Positions 11,710 through 24,600 of a stretch of DNA of 57,887 nucleotides are shown piece after piece. Source of the DNA: Catajapyx aquilonaris (taxonomy: Eukaryota). Every line of letters starts with the position of its first letter. Position 1 is the first letter of the stretch. The notes under the pieces are model-generated. The model ran no database searches, had not been told where the DNA came from, and was given only the letters and a program-made list of their open reading frames with translations. The DNA lies in assembly GCA_000934665.2 (NCBI GenBank), contig JYFJ02002672.1:1-57887 (forward strand), given 5' to 3'. The position numbers and the translations under genes are program-made.

Positions 11710-14700
11710 TTTGAGCCCGGTACAATTGTAATCCTGGCTTATATGCAACCCAACTGCTTCTCTTGCATGGCACGTTATCTACCGGACAGGGGCAAACTGA
11801 TGCTATTCTAAATAACTGTCTGTTACACTCTGTAGCTTTATATGACTGATGAAGTAATGGTTTCGTTTTTTTTTTTTGGTTCGTTTCAGGTGTGGATCGA
11901 ATTCTGGGATGAACTTGTAAGAGGTGAGTACCGGTACCTGTGGATACGCATTTTTTTGAGGGATTGTCTTGTTTCGTGAAGAAGTAGGTTAGGAAGCATT
12001 GATCGAAGTGGGACGAAAAAGAGGTCTGTAATCCATTGGGGGAGGAAGGACGTTCATTGAGTTGCGTCCTTTTGTTATTTGGGGGGGGGGGGGGAAGAGA
12101 TGATTGCAAAGGTGAAAGGTCGCGTGACGCACGGTCTTTCCTAATATATAGGGGGCTATTCCAACTTGACGGATGGACGGATGTGGCTAGGATCACAACA
12201 GGGCATTAATTTCATATCGGGGAGGCGTGTCAGGTGTCGTCCATAAGTTCAAACACTTTTTTTTGGCCGCCAATTTAGTACGGAAGTTTAATACCTGTCC
12301 CCCAATATCCGATCATGTCCTTTGTCAAATTAAGTTTGATGTAGGATCCGCTTATGGGTAGTAATCAGTGCCAATTTTCATTTAAATTTTTGAAAATTTT
12401 TGAAGTGGGGCTGGTTGAACTGTCCTGGAATTACCCCCCACCATAAGCGGTGCACCTGCGACAATGATCTGTGATATAACAATTCAAAAGCACCAAATTC
12501 GGAGTTATGAGAATTTGCCCGAGCATTTACGGTCTGTCAAATGCGAGTTTGACACAGTTCTCTAGCCCTTTTCGTCATGTTTGTATAGGGTGGGGGGTGG
12601 GAGTAAGGGCAAGGAAATTTGTGGTTGGTAAACAAGAGAAGTGCTTGCTTGGAGGAGCTTTATTGTGCGGCTTTTGATCTGAAGACTGAGGCACATTGAT
12701 TTACCGCCAGGAAACTAATTATGGCGCCTACAAATTTGCTAGTTTTGTGGGTGCTTGTTGGCGCCGGGCTGCAGAAATAGCAACAGCTGGTCGCAGGTGG
12801 TGCAAGCAGTTGCGTAAGTTGGGTACGGAATGGCGTGCGGTATGGAGAAAAAGGGGTTGTTAAAATGTGCGAGTATTTTGTGCTATACCCAAGACGTACC
12901 CTCACCGATTTTTTCTGAAGGGCTTGGTATACTATTATCACAAGTGACTATAGTCTCTCAGAACCCAGCTTCCACCGCCCCTTTGATGTCTTCCCCAATC
13001 TAGTGGAAGTGTGTCAGGTTTTTTTTTTAAGGGATATAGGAAAGGGTGTTCCTGTGGGAGGTATATTCGAAGCCTAACGATTCCCAAAGGGAGCCATCAA
13101 CCAGAACCCCCCCCCCCCCCNCCCCCCCCCCCTGCCTGTGCTCCTCCACCCCCTACTCGTCGATTTTTTATTTATTTTTCTTGAAGCTCACCTTAGCCAC
13201 TCTGGAGAAAGATCAAGTTGGAAATGTGTGACATGGGTTTGCTTCCATTGGAGACCGCCTCAGGGCTAGAGGGGGTTTCTGGTGGCTGCGGATTCGGTTC
13301 AGAGCAATCACTTCGGGAGATAAGGGAAACTATTTGTTCTAGCAACCTTTTGGGAGTCGACGACGTTTTCTTGTGAGGAGGCGCACTTTTGGTTCAAGAG
13401 GATATGTAAAGTGAGCTGGTTTATTCGATGCATGGTTTTGAAGAGAGAGAAAAAATAGGAGGAAAACAAACAATTTGGATTTTGTGCAAGTTTAGATCAG
13501 GTGAAATAATGTGCTGGCAGAGTGTGATGTCTGGCATACTATGCTATATCCGCGCCATTTACGTAATGGCATTACTACACACTTTACAACCTTGTCGTGA
13601 CCGAATGATAGGCACATTTAATTTAGATTCGTTTGGCCTATGACAACCCGTAAAATTGTAGAGATAACGATATTTATAGACATATACTGATAAATTGCAA
13701 TAGATTTTGACGACTACAGAACGTCCATTAGTGTGTATCACGTGACAAGGACAGACACACATGTTTATGCGGCCCATTTACTGTCACTCGTACTGTAACT
13801 ATTTCATCACGGCGGCAGTTACCAGTGACCAAACCAATCACTATGCCAATTGTCAATCACAGGGTGTTTCATCTGAAATGCACACACTATCCTTTCATCA
13901 AAAAAAGGCTTCCTCACCTGAATAGGGCTGAGCTTTTCCTGCCCCTTATCCTCAACCTACTTATCTCAACTTCCTCTTTAAAGTGGGGGCTTTCAGCGTC
14001 CCTCGTGAGTTTTGGAGGTTTGGGCCAAGTACCTTAGTGTCAACAGGCAAGGAGAAAGCCTTCAGGTTGACACTGGCAGGTATAACTTTTGAACACCGCT
14101 TAGTGGAATATCCTGTAAGCTTCGGCTAATCGTGGTAGGTCATAAGGTCATGACCTTGCAATTTGGTTCCGGCCAGTTCTGAAAGAGGAAGAGCAAAGGA
14201 CGATGGGTATAGAAAAATTAGTATGAATCGTCTGATATGGGGTCGTCAGCCTTGTGCTTTGCGTATTTTTTTTTTTTTCTGTGTGTTCCTTTGGGTCCAT
14301 TCCCACTCCACAGCCTCACTTGAGATCAATACTTTTGCCTGGTGGATCACATGCCTGCACTATGTTTATGTTGACTGAATGGAAAAAAAAGTGCGACACG
14401 GACGTAACTATCAATGACCTCTCTATTTTGAGACATTTTGCGCGAGTGAAGTGCAAATTAAGTGGGGTGGCGAGAAAGTTGTCAACACGTTTTGTAAGAG
14501 TGAAGTTAAGTAATGAGATGGTGTGATTGGATAAGTTTTTTTAAATACGGAAACTAGTACGTCAGAGATGGTTGAATATCACGTGCACTATTTTTTTAAA
14601 TTTTTTTAAATATATTGTGTAGCCTATAGAAATGAAATTTCCCATGTCATTCATACTCCTATGAGTGACATGGGAGAAGTCGATAAACACACATGAAATG

Positions 14701-15941
14701 TCTGATTAAATGTCACATCATGCGGTCTAAATGCAGATTAATTCATTAAAAAGGCAGCACTTTGTGTTAGGTCAGCGCTGTCACACTTTTGAGTCTTATC
14801 GATCTGACCTATGACCCTTAATTCTACAATTCATCTGCCACCATCTGTGGGCACGTAAATGTGAGTCAATATTACAGGCGATAGCAAAATATGGAATATG
14901 CTGGAGAAATTCTCAGGGGTCATCATGGTGACTTTGCAGAAATGTCATTGGGTAGACGTAGGAGTTGGGTAGTGCATAGCAACCATATCTATTTCTATTG
15001 CTATTTTCTGCCTCTTCGCCACAACTGAAAGTTTAGACTGGGTGGGTTGAACGTGGGTGGTTGCAGTAATGAGCATAACGAGTATGAAACCTGAAGAGGT
15101 TGTTAGTTGTGCTTTTCAGAGCGAGTTAGAACCGAGAATGGAACAAGGACCTACTTTGTTAGGCTTGTCACGTGTCATAACGACTGTAATGGAAGTGGAG
15201 GAAAAATGATGAGACGATCGTGTCCAGTTACGAGATTTAAGCTATCAGGTGTTAGGATTAGATGAAAGTGATATTTGAGAATTGCCTATAGGTGTGTCTC
15301 GACTCCTTAAGTTTTGGTTTTTAAATTCAAGAGTATGTTGAACTGATAAATAATTGCTGATTAACTAATGCGTGGACTGGTCATGTAGCGTTTGATTACC
15401 ATGTTAAAGCTCCTGCGAAGTTCGTACAGTGCATCATCGTAGTGCAAAGTCAATATTAGCTCGGTGCTTGCATTATCATTTAAATTTAAGTGCCAACATT
15501 ATCTGCACTATTGCTCCGTTGAATCTCCATATCAATGGATCGAACTGGTTTGAGGCGCCAGGGGTACTATGACCTTGACCCGTGTTATGAGAGCTTGCAT
15601 TTTTTGACATCCCCGCCACTTTAATGATAAAAACTTTGCTTTTGTAACAAGGCTAATGAGTTTCGTCAAATGCTAGGTTCGTTAGTGATTTTTTTTTTGC
15701 ACGTGTTTAGCCAGAGGCCGAGCAATGATTTTATAGAAACGTGCTATTGCTGGAAAGGCTTGTCAGTACTAGTAAAGGAGAAACAATTATATTTAACAAT
15801 ATTTATTAAGGCATTAAAAAATATGTACAGTGCATCAAAATGCGAGGGTCGACAGAAATAATGATGTATGTGCAACAATGCATTTAAATATCAATGTGAA
15901 CATAATGAAGATGATATCAGAGTCACAATCCGGTCGTTGAG

Positions 15942-16461
15942 TCACCAGCAATATCCACCACTTTCGCCATGTCTTCTGAGGCAAATACGCTGGTTCTGGG
16001 GTAGCACACCGACCAAGAAGGGCTTCAACGAGGCAATAGCCGCCGCACTGTGACCTACTCCCCGGAAGGCCAGTGTGGCGTCCCTGCCCGCGTACTCCAA
16101 GATGACCTCTTCGCCTCCTGGGTGCTCATGCAGGAAAGTGGTAGCGTTGTAGATGAGGTCGTACAGTACTATCCAGCAATCGTCACGGGTGTCGTGGTAA
16201 GACACTTCCGCTAATGAGTAGATCGGAAGGTTGTCCTCAGAAGTGGTCATGTTCTGGTTGTCACCTTCTTTGTCCGTATCTGATGAGGAAGATGGTACTT
16301 AGATGGTGTCAGGAGTGTGTGTGATTGGACCACTTACCTCGTACGTCTTTGATCGTGGTGACAGCTAGGGAGAACGTAGGGATGACCAGATCGAACATCT
16401 TGTGGCTGATTTTGGAGATTGCTGAAGACACTTGACTTGTCTCTTGCTGTTTGTGCTTCAT
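15942..16461 (-). CDS. Cytochrome b5 heme-binding domain protein with no C-terminal membrane anchor; 2 exons, 153 aa (132 aa from the second ATG)
   Basis: Exons complement(16338-16461) and complement(15942-16279), split by a 58-nt GTAAGT...TCATCAG intron in phase 1. In-frame ATGs at 16461 (CAACATG context) and 16398. Classic b5 motifs: YSLAEV, DCWIVL, FLHEHPGGEEVILEYAGRDAT, GHS (both heme-ligand His present). AATAAA on the minus strand at 15802-15807. Confidence 0.9.
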
Positions 16462-16944
16462 GTTGACGATTGGAAATGGTGTGGATGCTTGCTTGAGTGG
16501 TAGGTCTAATCTGGTTGCGCGTGGCTCTGGGCTGGTCTTTTATTGGCTGGAGATGAATGACGAAATTCTACTTGCCTTCACCATCACCATCTTCTTGCAA
16601 AAGTGTAACCCCGCGGGTTCTTATCTGGTGGTAGGAATAGTGCCAATTGATTCTTGGGATTGTACAGAGGGTTTGCCCATGATGACGCGATAGTTTGTTT
16701 TATCTATTGTTTAGGATTTTCTGGAACGCATATTGGGCGAAATCATCCGAGACCTCGACCTTGACTTCTGGGATTGTTCGGTGGGAATTGTGTCATGATG
16801 ACAAATGTTGCCAGCAAATTTCCCCTCTAGGAGGTCGTAGTACTTTTGATGGCTTTTTTCCCAACTGATGTCCTTGCGATGAGCGAATGACAATGTTTGA
16901 TTTATCGAATACTCAAATTTATTTTATGAACGAACACGACTCGA

Positions 16945-16948
16945 CTTG

Positions 16949-16979
<31 letters not shown>

Positions 16980-17240
16980 TACCCCATGAGGGGAGTGGCA
17001 TACCAAAGTATATTATACTAACTGGCCAATGTTCCCTATGCTGTAGAAAATATTGGAGGGTTTTTTTTCTGCTTGCACCTAGTACTAATGAATGCTTAAG
17101 CGCCCCTGGGTGTTGTGCATCCAGGCCAGGGTTTTGTAATAGGTTGATTTTAATTAATAGTACGTTCATCGACCACCTTTTTAAAAAAAGTTTGCCCATA
17201 CCAATCCAATATGCGTCGTACCTTTCAGAGCATTGAATCT
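16945..17240 (-). mobile_element. Possible 3' end of a decayed non-LTR retroelement with an (AAAT)n tail
   Basis: The minus strand ends ...CCCTCATGGGGTA followed by (AAAT)n, the same GGGGTA-plus-microsatellite ending seen in SINEs of this window. No clean TSD was found. Confidence 0.35.
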
Positions 17241-20200
17241 GCTACGTAGTAAAGATGTGAAGAAAACAAGTCGACTGCAGACTTTCGTAGTTTAAAACTC
17301 TCCTCGCTTTACGAATTAGGCTGTTAATTTAGGCTCGACTATAGGTTTTTTTTGCACTTTTTCCCAGAATTTACAGGAGCTCGACTTTACTCGATGTCGT
17401 TTAATAAAGTGCTATAATTTCGTGAATTATTGATTCTAGCTTGCATTAATGTCGGAAATAATCTTTTTAATAAAGAGGAAGGAATGATTCAATGCTTGTG
17501 TGTATTGCTGAGAGTTGTTTTGCGTATGCAAATATTATTCTGCGTGGAGGAATGTGCGTCATAAAATGCCCCCCAACCTCTCGTTTGAAAGATGAAATAT
17601 ACTGACGCAGTGAACGTAAATTTTCGGTATGAATGTTGAAATAGTTGTTAAGTTTATTAGACTTTGAAATATGATGATTTATTTTTATCACATTTTTGCA
17701 GGTTTCGTCTGTTAAAAGTATTTTAGATACGTCATTGCGTTGACCCTGTACTTGCCACATCCTGGGGGTTTTTTGAAACCAGAATTATTAATCCGTCAAG
17801 GTCAGAAAATGTAGGGTATTTTGTAAGTTTACACAACTAAATATTGCAATTTTTGAAAAGCTAAAAAATGTGTTCCGGGCCGTTCCATGAAAATCGATCA
17901 CTCAATTTTCTGCAAAACAAGTTAAACGATACGAAGTTTAGCCCTATAAAAAACATAAATGGATTTGAAATTTATCTCGTAACATTTCTGCCCTTCCTGA
18001 CACCATGATCGCGCCACGCCTCTGTCAAGGCCCATCCTGATTGGCTGAGAATTGGCACACCATATTGCTTATCCAGCAATATAATTAAAATTTTGCTGAT
18101 AAACTCTTAATATGATGAGCCACAGAAGGCTATTCCCCCTTGCAAACCGCAGTTACTTCCCATCGTGCAATTCTTTTTCACCCAGAGAATCTAAGAGGTG
18201 AATCGGCAATGTCAAGGTCTGAGTTGCCTTGGTCACGGTTCAACTTCGATGCCATTTTCAATTGTCTTATCTTGCTGGAAAAAAGGCGGTACTCAATTTT
18301 ACAGATTTTGCGCCTCACAGAATGGGAACATTGTCAGATGAAAATGTGAAAAAAATATGGAATTTCAGCGGTTCCGGAGCTGGCACAAAAGAGGCGAGGA
18401 ATTTCATATTTCAGGGCAGGGCTGCAGTGTCACATTGTTTCGTTATTATGGAGCTTAGGGACCAAAGTTCTTTGTCCTGCTAGATTCAAGGATATGGCGA
18501 TTAATTCAGAAAACCTTCCAATAATATTCTCGCTAAAATAACCTTTGGTACATGTGAGTCACAATTTGCGATATGGAATAATTTAAGATCAAAATAACTA
18601 TTAATATTGCAAGCTGTATCGTTGTAATTATTTTTAGATTGATATTTTTTAAAACTGTACCCCGTGATGACCCTGACGGGTTTTATAGGGGGGTGGTACA
18701 CCACCATTTTCCCTCAATTTTCTAAGTTAACTTCACTCCGGTGCAGGGAATCAAGGAGATTGGGTAAGAATAGTGATTTTCGGGGAGGGGACACAGGTCC
18801 AGTTGCAATGTTTCAAGTTTGGGCCAGGTGTAGTCCCCCCAGGAGGTTAGGTTGCCAGATACCTCCAAGGTGCAGGTCAGACACGTCCCGACTCGACGCA
18901 GGTGAAAGGGAACTCCCAGGGCTCAGCAGGCCGAGACGTTACCATCTCGGCCACTACACCTGATTTTAGATATATTCATGTTAAGAGCACATTTTTAAGT
19001 AATTGCAAACAATACAGGCACAATAGTTGAATAATTTAGAACATCTTGTTACAACATCTGGTATTGTTGAACTGTTACGATATTTTTTATAGGAAAGGGC
19101 CTGCATTAGACATGCTCTTTGAGGACTCCCTGCTGTTCTCTACTTAGGATCCAGCTTTTGCGATGGATTATTAATCAGGACTGGCGTCGCAGAATAGGTC
19201 GTCGGTGTCGAGGTGGGCATGGCTTATAACCTCAGTTTGTTGGATTTCTGTCTTGTGTGCAGCAAGACAAATGGGCATCATGGTTGCCCCCAACATGCAA
19301 GGCTGCCAGATGCGAAAATTTTCGAATTTTCAGATTTCCCTGAAGGTGACGAGATTGATTGAGAACGAAGTTAATGGGATTCCGTGGGCGAAATTAGATG
19401 CGATTTTTTTTAAAGGGGGGCACATGTGAGTATTAGGCGGGAGATGGGAGAGTTATCGAATCATTTGGACTTATATTGCCTCCGAGAACGATTATTTTCG
19501 AGTCGATAAGCACTCGGTTGGTTATGCCCAGTGGCATATATAAGAGTGGCCACCACCTGTTACGCTGCAGTTATTTCGAGAGGATTTGACAAGGGTTATG
19601 AATTACTGGCCCTGAAAATATCTGGATCGTTAAATATTTTTATACCTAACATTTTTGCCACGCTCCATCTGTTGATATAAGTTGAAGGTATTTTTCGTAG
19701 ATTTGCTTCCACTAGTTATGTAATATTTCGTCAAAATAATTTTTGTCCAAATGTATCTTATATCTAATTGAATTTTTTTACGTGAAAGGTGCTCTTGACA
19801 CGAATATTTTTTGAAATAAAAAACGGAAGCATTTTGGAGCCTATTGTGAGATAAAGAGATGTAATGTTATGAAAACAAGACCTTGTGTACGCAGTCATAA
19901 TATTTTGTTTATTCATTTTTGTAGAAGCGTAGTGAGAGGCAAAGGACGTAACTAATGACTCGTCACATCATATTGGCATATGATCAGATAAAGATGAAAT
20001 GTATGTTAAAACGATATATCACTGTGAAGAGTTTTATTTGACATTTTTTTAATATAGTAACGAATGGAATGCGATAAAAATGCAAGGTCAGGGAGTGGTC
20101 TGACTCGAAAAGTTGTTATTCGTCTGATTATCGAAGCATCTGTTTGATATTTTTTATTTGTTTTTGCTCTTCTGCTTTTGTGGCGAGCGAGATATAAAGT

Positions 20201-21623
20201 GTCTTTGAAAAGTGCTTTCAAGTGGAAACTTGTGGACACCAGTTGATATTATCTACCCCAACATGACCAAACTTAAGGCATTCTTTCTTATAGGTCTGTC
20301 GATAAGTTATTTGTGGTCATGAACCTATAGGAACATTATGGAAGGCAATGTACTATTTTTGGTCTGAACCTTTCAGGTTGTTACACTTCAATACGGGTCA
20401 TGCAATTTTTAGACGCCTTCGAACAGATTTGCGTGCTTCTTACTGTAACATGCTAAGGTCAGCTCACAGGTCAATGACTCGAAAAGGTGTTCATTTTTTT
20501 TTTTTGTAAAAAAAATTGTGATTTGTGGATGTAGTTTATTAAAAGCATATTAGCCAGACGATTTCGGTTGTTAAGTGGATGACGCTGACGTCACAGAATA
20601 TCCGAACGGTCCGTTTGAGCGTTTGGTGCTAAGTGTGAGGGGCTTCCAAGGGGACGTCCAGGGGGATGTCCGAGTGTAATTGGTCCAGTGTGGTATGAGG
20701 GTATGGTAAGGTGGTGAAATTGAGAAGAGCCGGCAACCATGGCTTGCTTCTGCTGCTGCGGGGGTGGATCGGGATCGATAGTAAGCGGTGCAGGGGCTAA
20801 GGCCAGTGGGGGTGGGTGGGTGGAAAAAGGGGGAGGTGAATTTCTGGAGATTCGGGATGTCAGGCTCCATTTAGAGGGCATTTGACCAAATTTTGAAAGT
20901 GATATTTTTGGACATCCCTGATTTTTTTTTTCTCGAACGATCAAAAAAAAGCAATGTCTCCCTGAGTTTTTTTTTTTTTTTTTTGGGGGGGGGGGGNTTT
21001 TGGTGTTGATGGGGGGGGGGGGAGGGGGAGGTTGTCATCCTAGCACTCAAACTTTGGGTGGAAGGGAAAATTTCCAACTATTGGAAGGGGCCAAGTTGAC
21101 TTAATAATTTTGAGAATAATCGATTGGAGGGTATGCTCGTTCTCAGTTGGGAGGTGAAGTTTTTGAGGGTTATTATGCGAGGGAATCTCAGCGTGGGATG
21201 GAATCACAGTAGAGCCATCTGCTGAATTGCATTTTTAAATCATTTAGCATGTTAGAAAATTTGAGGGAAATGCAGGGTAGAAAGTTTTAGAGGGCTTGTA
21301 GAAGCTGTTTAAAAAAGTGTGTGTGTCCCGCGCCTGTATTTTTTGACAAGAGAAGTGTATTCATTTGAGTTTTTGTTAGAGCACCCTGTATAGTGCAGGA
21401 AACCAGCCAACTTGTGATTGCAATTACAGTTGGAGGAACTTTCTTTCATTCTGATTCAAAGCATGGGCCGCCTCATGAATAAAAATCAGAGGTTTACATT
21501 AGCGCAGGACCAAATTTATTTTGCTTGTTTGTCTCCCGTAGCTGATGGTTAAGTGACGAGTGATCCAGCCCCATTGCCGTCACCTATGAATCTGTTGGTC
21601 ACCGGCACGGCACACGGTCCACC

Positions 21624-24600
21624 ATGTTAATAAAGGAGTACCGCATACCTCTTCCAGTCACTGTGGAAGAGTACAGAATTGCTCAACTGTACATGATTGC
21701 CGTGAGTATTCTTTTGGTGGTTGTGATGTAACATTCCCTGTCAATACACAAGTTGCAATAGCAGTAGCAGGAGAGACTTCTCCAAGTATTAACTCAACGT
21801 CCGGAAGTGAAACAGGCATTCATGCGGATGGATGTTTTCCTTATCATGAAAAATTGCCGGTGAAACATCAGTTTGTTTATTCAAAGTCTCATGAAACTTC
21901 CACTCATTAAGGACGAAACATTTGCAGCCTGTCATAACACTGTGTGCATTGGCTGTGAACCCAAAGAAAACACTTTGGATTCTCAGCCTTGCGATATATC
22001 TGCTATTCGGCCTCGTTAGTGTCTGGCTTTCATCCAGAGACATTTGTACTGCTGTAAAGCTCCTGATATGCATTATAAGCCCTGACAATAACATGTTATG
22101 GTCCATTCTTTAAAACTTGCAGAAAAAGAGTCGTGAAGAGAGCAAAGGAGCAGGTAGCGGTGTGGAAATCCTAGTCAATGAGCCATATGAGGATGGACCA
22201 GGTGGACATGGGCAATACACACACAAAATTTACCATGTGGGAAGCCACTTACCAGGTAGGTATTATTGTTTGATACAGCAAAGGATGGAGCTGATTTTGC
22301 TATGAATACTTTTTTTAAATACAGGGTGGTTCAAAAGCCTCCTTCCAAAGTCAGCTTTGACAGTGGAGGAGGAAGCCTGGAATGCATACCCTTACACAAA
22401 AACTAGGTATACTTGTCCATTTGTTGAGAAATTCTCTTTGGAAATCGAAACCTATTACTGTGATGATGATGGACATCAGGAAAATGTGTTCAACCTATCA
22501 GGAACAGAGATGCGAAACAGGATGACTGGTGAGTTGGACCTTCTCCAACATACTAATGAAGAGGTGTAATTCTGAACTTTTGTCGACAGATGTAATAGAT
22601 GTAGTGAGAGATCAGCTCTATGGAGCTGATTACCATAAGGATGAGGATCCAAAATTTTATATGTCCCAGAAAACTGGGCGGGGACCTCTCCAGGACAACT
22701 GGATAGAAGATTATTGGAAAGAATGCCAAGTGAGCCCCAATTCTAAGAATTTCAACATGATAGCTGTTACATTGACTGAAACTATTTTCTCTGTATATGC
22801 AGGGAAAGAAAATGCCACTACCAAACGGCAAGGCTATAATGTGCGCTTATAAAGTATGCCGAGTTGAATTTCGGTATTGGGGTATGCAGAGCAAGATTGA
22901 AAAGTTTATTCATGATGTTGGTAAGTTATGTTTGCCTTATCTGTTTATATTACTATTTTAAAAGTGTACATATGTATTGCCTTGAATTTCACATTTAAGA
23001 AGTTGTATGTTCAGCATTGTATTAATATTTTGAACAATGCCATAGCCCTACGCAAAACCATGTTGCGAGCTCATCGCCAGGCATGGGCCTGGCAAGACGA
23101 GTGGTTTGGCCTCACCATGGATGACATTCGCGAGATTGAACGCCAGACTCAGGAAGCCCTGAAGAGGAAAATGGGTGGAGAAGGAGATGAGGACTCAACC
23201 AACAATGGCATGACTGGCCACCACAGTCCTGGAGATGCTAAAGCATTGGCTGCAACTATGAGTAGCATTGAGAAAACTGAGCGAGAAATAAACCAAGGAG
23301 CCATCTCTCCAGTCACAGAAGAGGGAGACTCCATCTCTGACCTTGTCACAGGTAAACTGGAATGATGTATAAGAGCAACATCAGTATAAAATCAGTAAGG
23401 ATTTCTTAGCTAATTGCATGTTTACTTTTTAGAAAAGCGTCACTCCAAAATGGAGAGAAGCCCTGACCGGCTTAGAAGAAGTGTTTTAATGGCCAACAAA
23501 CCTCAGGACTTATCCCTGAACCTGAATGAATCGAGTGGAGGTGGGTTTGGAGGTGCTCATGAAGGAGATGGAAGGCGCAAACTCTGGTCAAGGAGTAGTT
23601 CCAGAGGTACTCTCAACTCACCTGACTCAGGTTCAGGAAAGAGCTTTGACTTCCACATGGCCAACTGGAGAATGGAGAGCATTGTAAGAGACTCCGAGTC
23701 CGACAGTGACGACGAGTTCTTTGATTGCCAAGGTGAGGTACTCTTCTGTCACCCGTAAAAAGAGATTGTGACTCTCTGCTTCAGCTCAGGTTCACACCAA
23801 GCATGTTTAATGGGCATGTTGTGTAAGTTGTGCCTTGTGTGCTCTTGTCTAAGTGTCGTGACAACTCCACTTGCCAGTGGCTTCATAGGTAAATGATGTC
23901 TGGATAATTAGGCATCACTTTTGACTACTGTGGCAAGATAATTCACACTGACAAGGAGAAACTGTTTGTCCATGTAGGTTTTGTCACAATACTGTGTGGC
24001 TACATGCTTTTTCTGTGTCACGAAAAGAGCAACAGTAAATAATAGTGAGATTTTGATGAGAGACACTAAAATGTTTTAAATGGTTAATAACCCTACATTT
24101 CATGTATCACAAATCTTCCCAAGTACCAAATGCAGGTGCTTTTCCAAGGTTGGCTATACACATATAAGCAGACTTGATATACTGGTGCTGAGAACTGGAG
24201 TTGTATGTTTAAAGAGTGTGTAAGAAAAGCAAAAATTCAGATCTGAAAAGCTGCCAGATTTTTTAATGAGGAGGAAGTATATGTATATGAATGAATATTA
24301 AATTCCTCTCTCAGGAGGTGTTTGCAGCAAAGATTAGGACCAGTTTGCAAGCCTAAAATTGTGCATGTCAATGTGCTGCAGGCAGAAAAGCTCAACATTA
24401 TTTACGTAGTGATGAGCAGAACTTTCTCCTTCTCTTTTCCCCCTCTCTGTCTATTTTTCACAGTCTGCCTATAGCCTTTCTTTTCTCTCATTATTCTTGC
24501 TAGCAGGATTTAATATTCCTCTTATAAAGGGTATGTATAGAAAGAGAATGTGCATTTGCTTTCACTTGTCACAGTAAAAAGCAATAGTTTTAACACTATT

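Noticed and set aside
10029..21030. Long G/C homopolymers as G-quadruplex elements
   Set aside because: Several runs contain an N (10044, 13121, 20997), so their lengths are unreliable in this assembly. They seem to belong to unclassified repeats I could not delimit.
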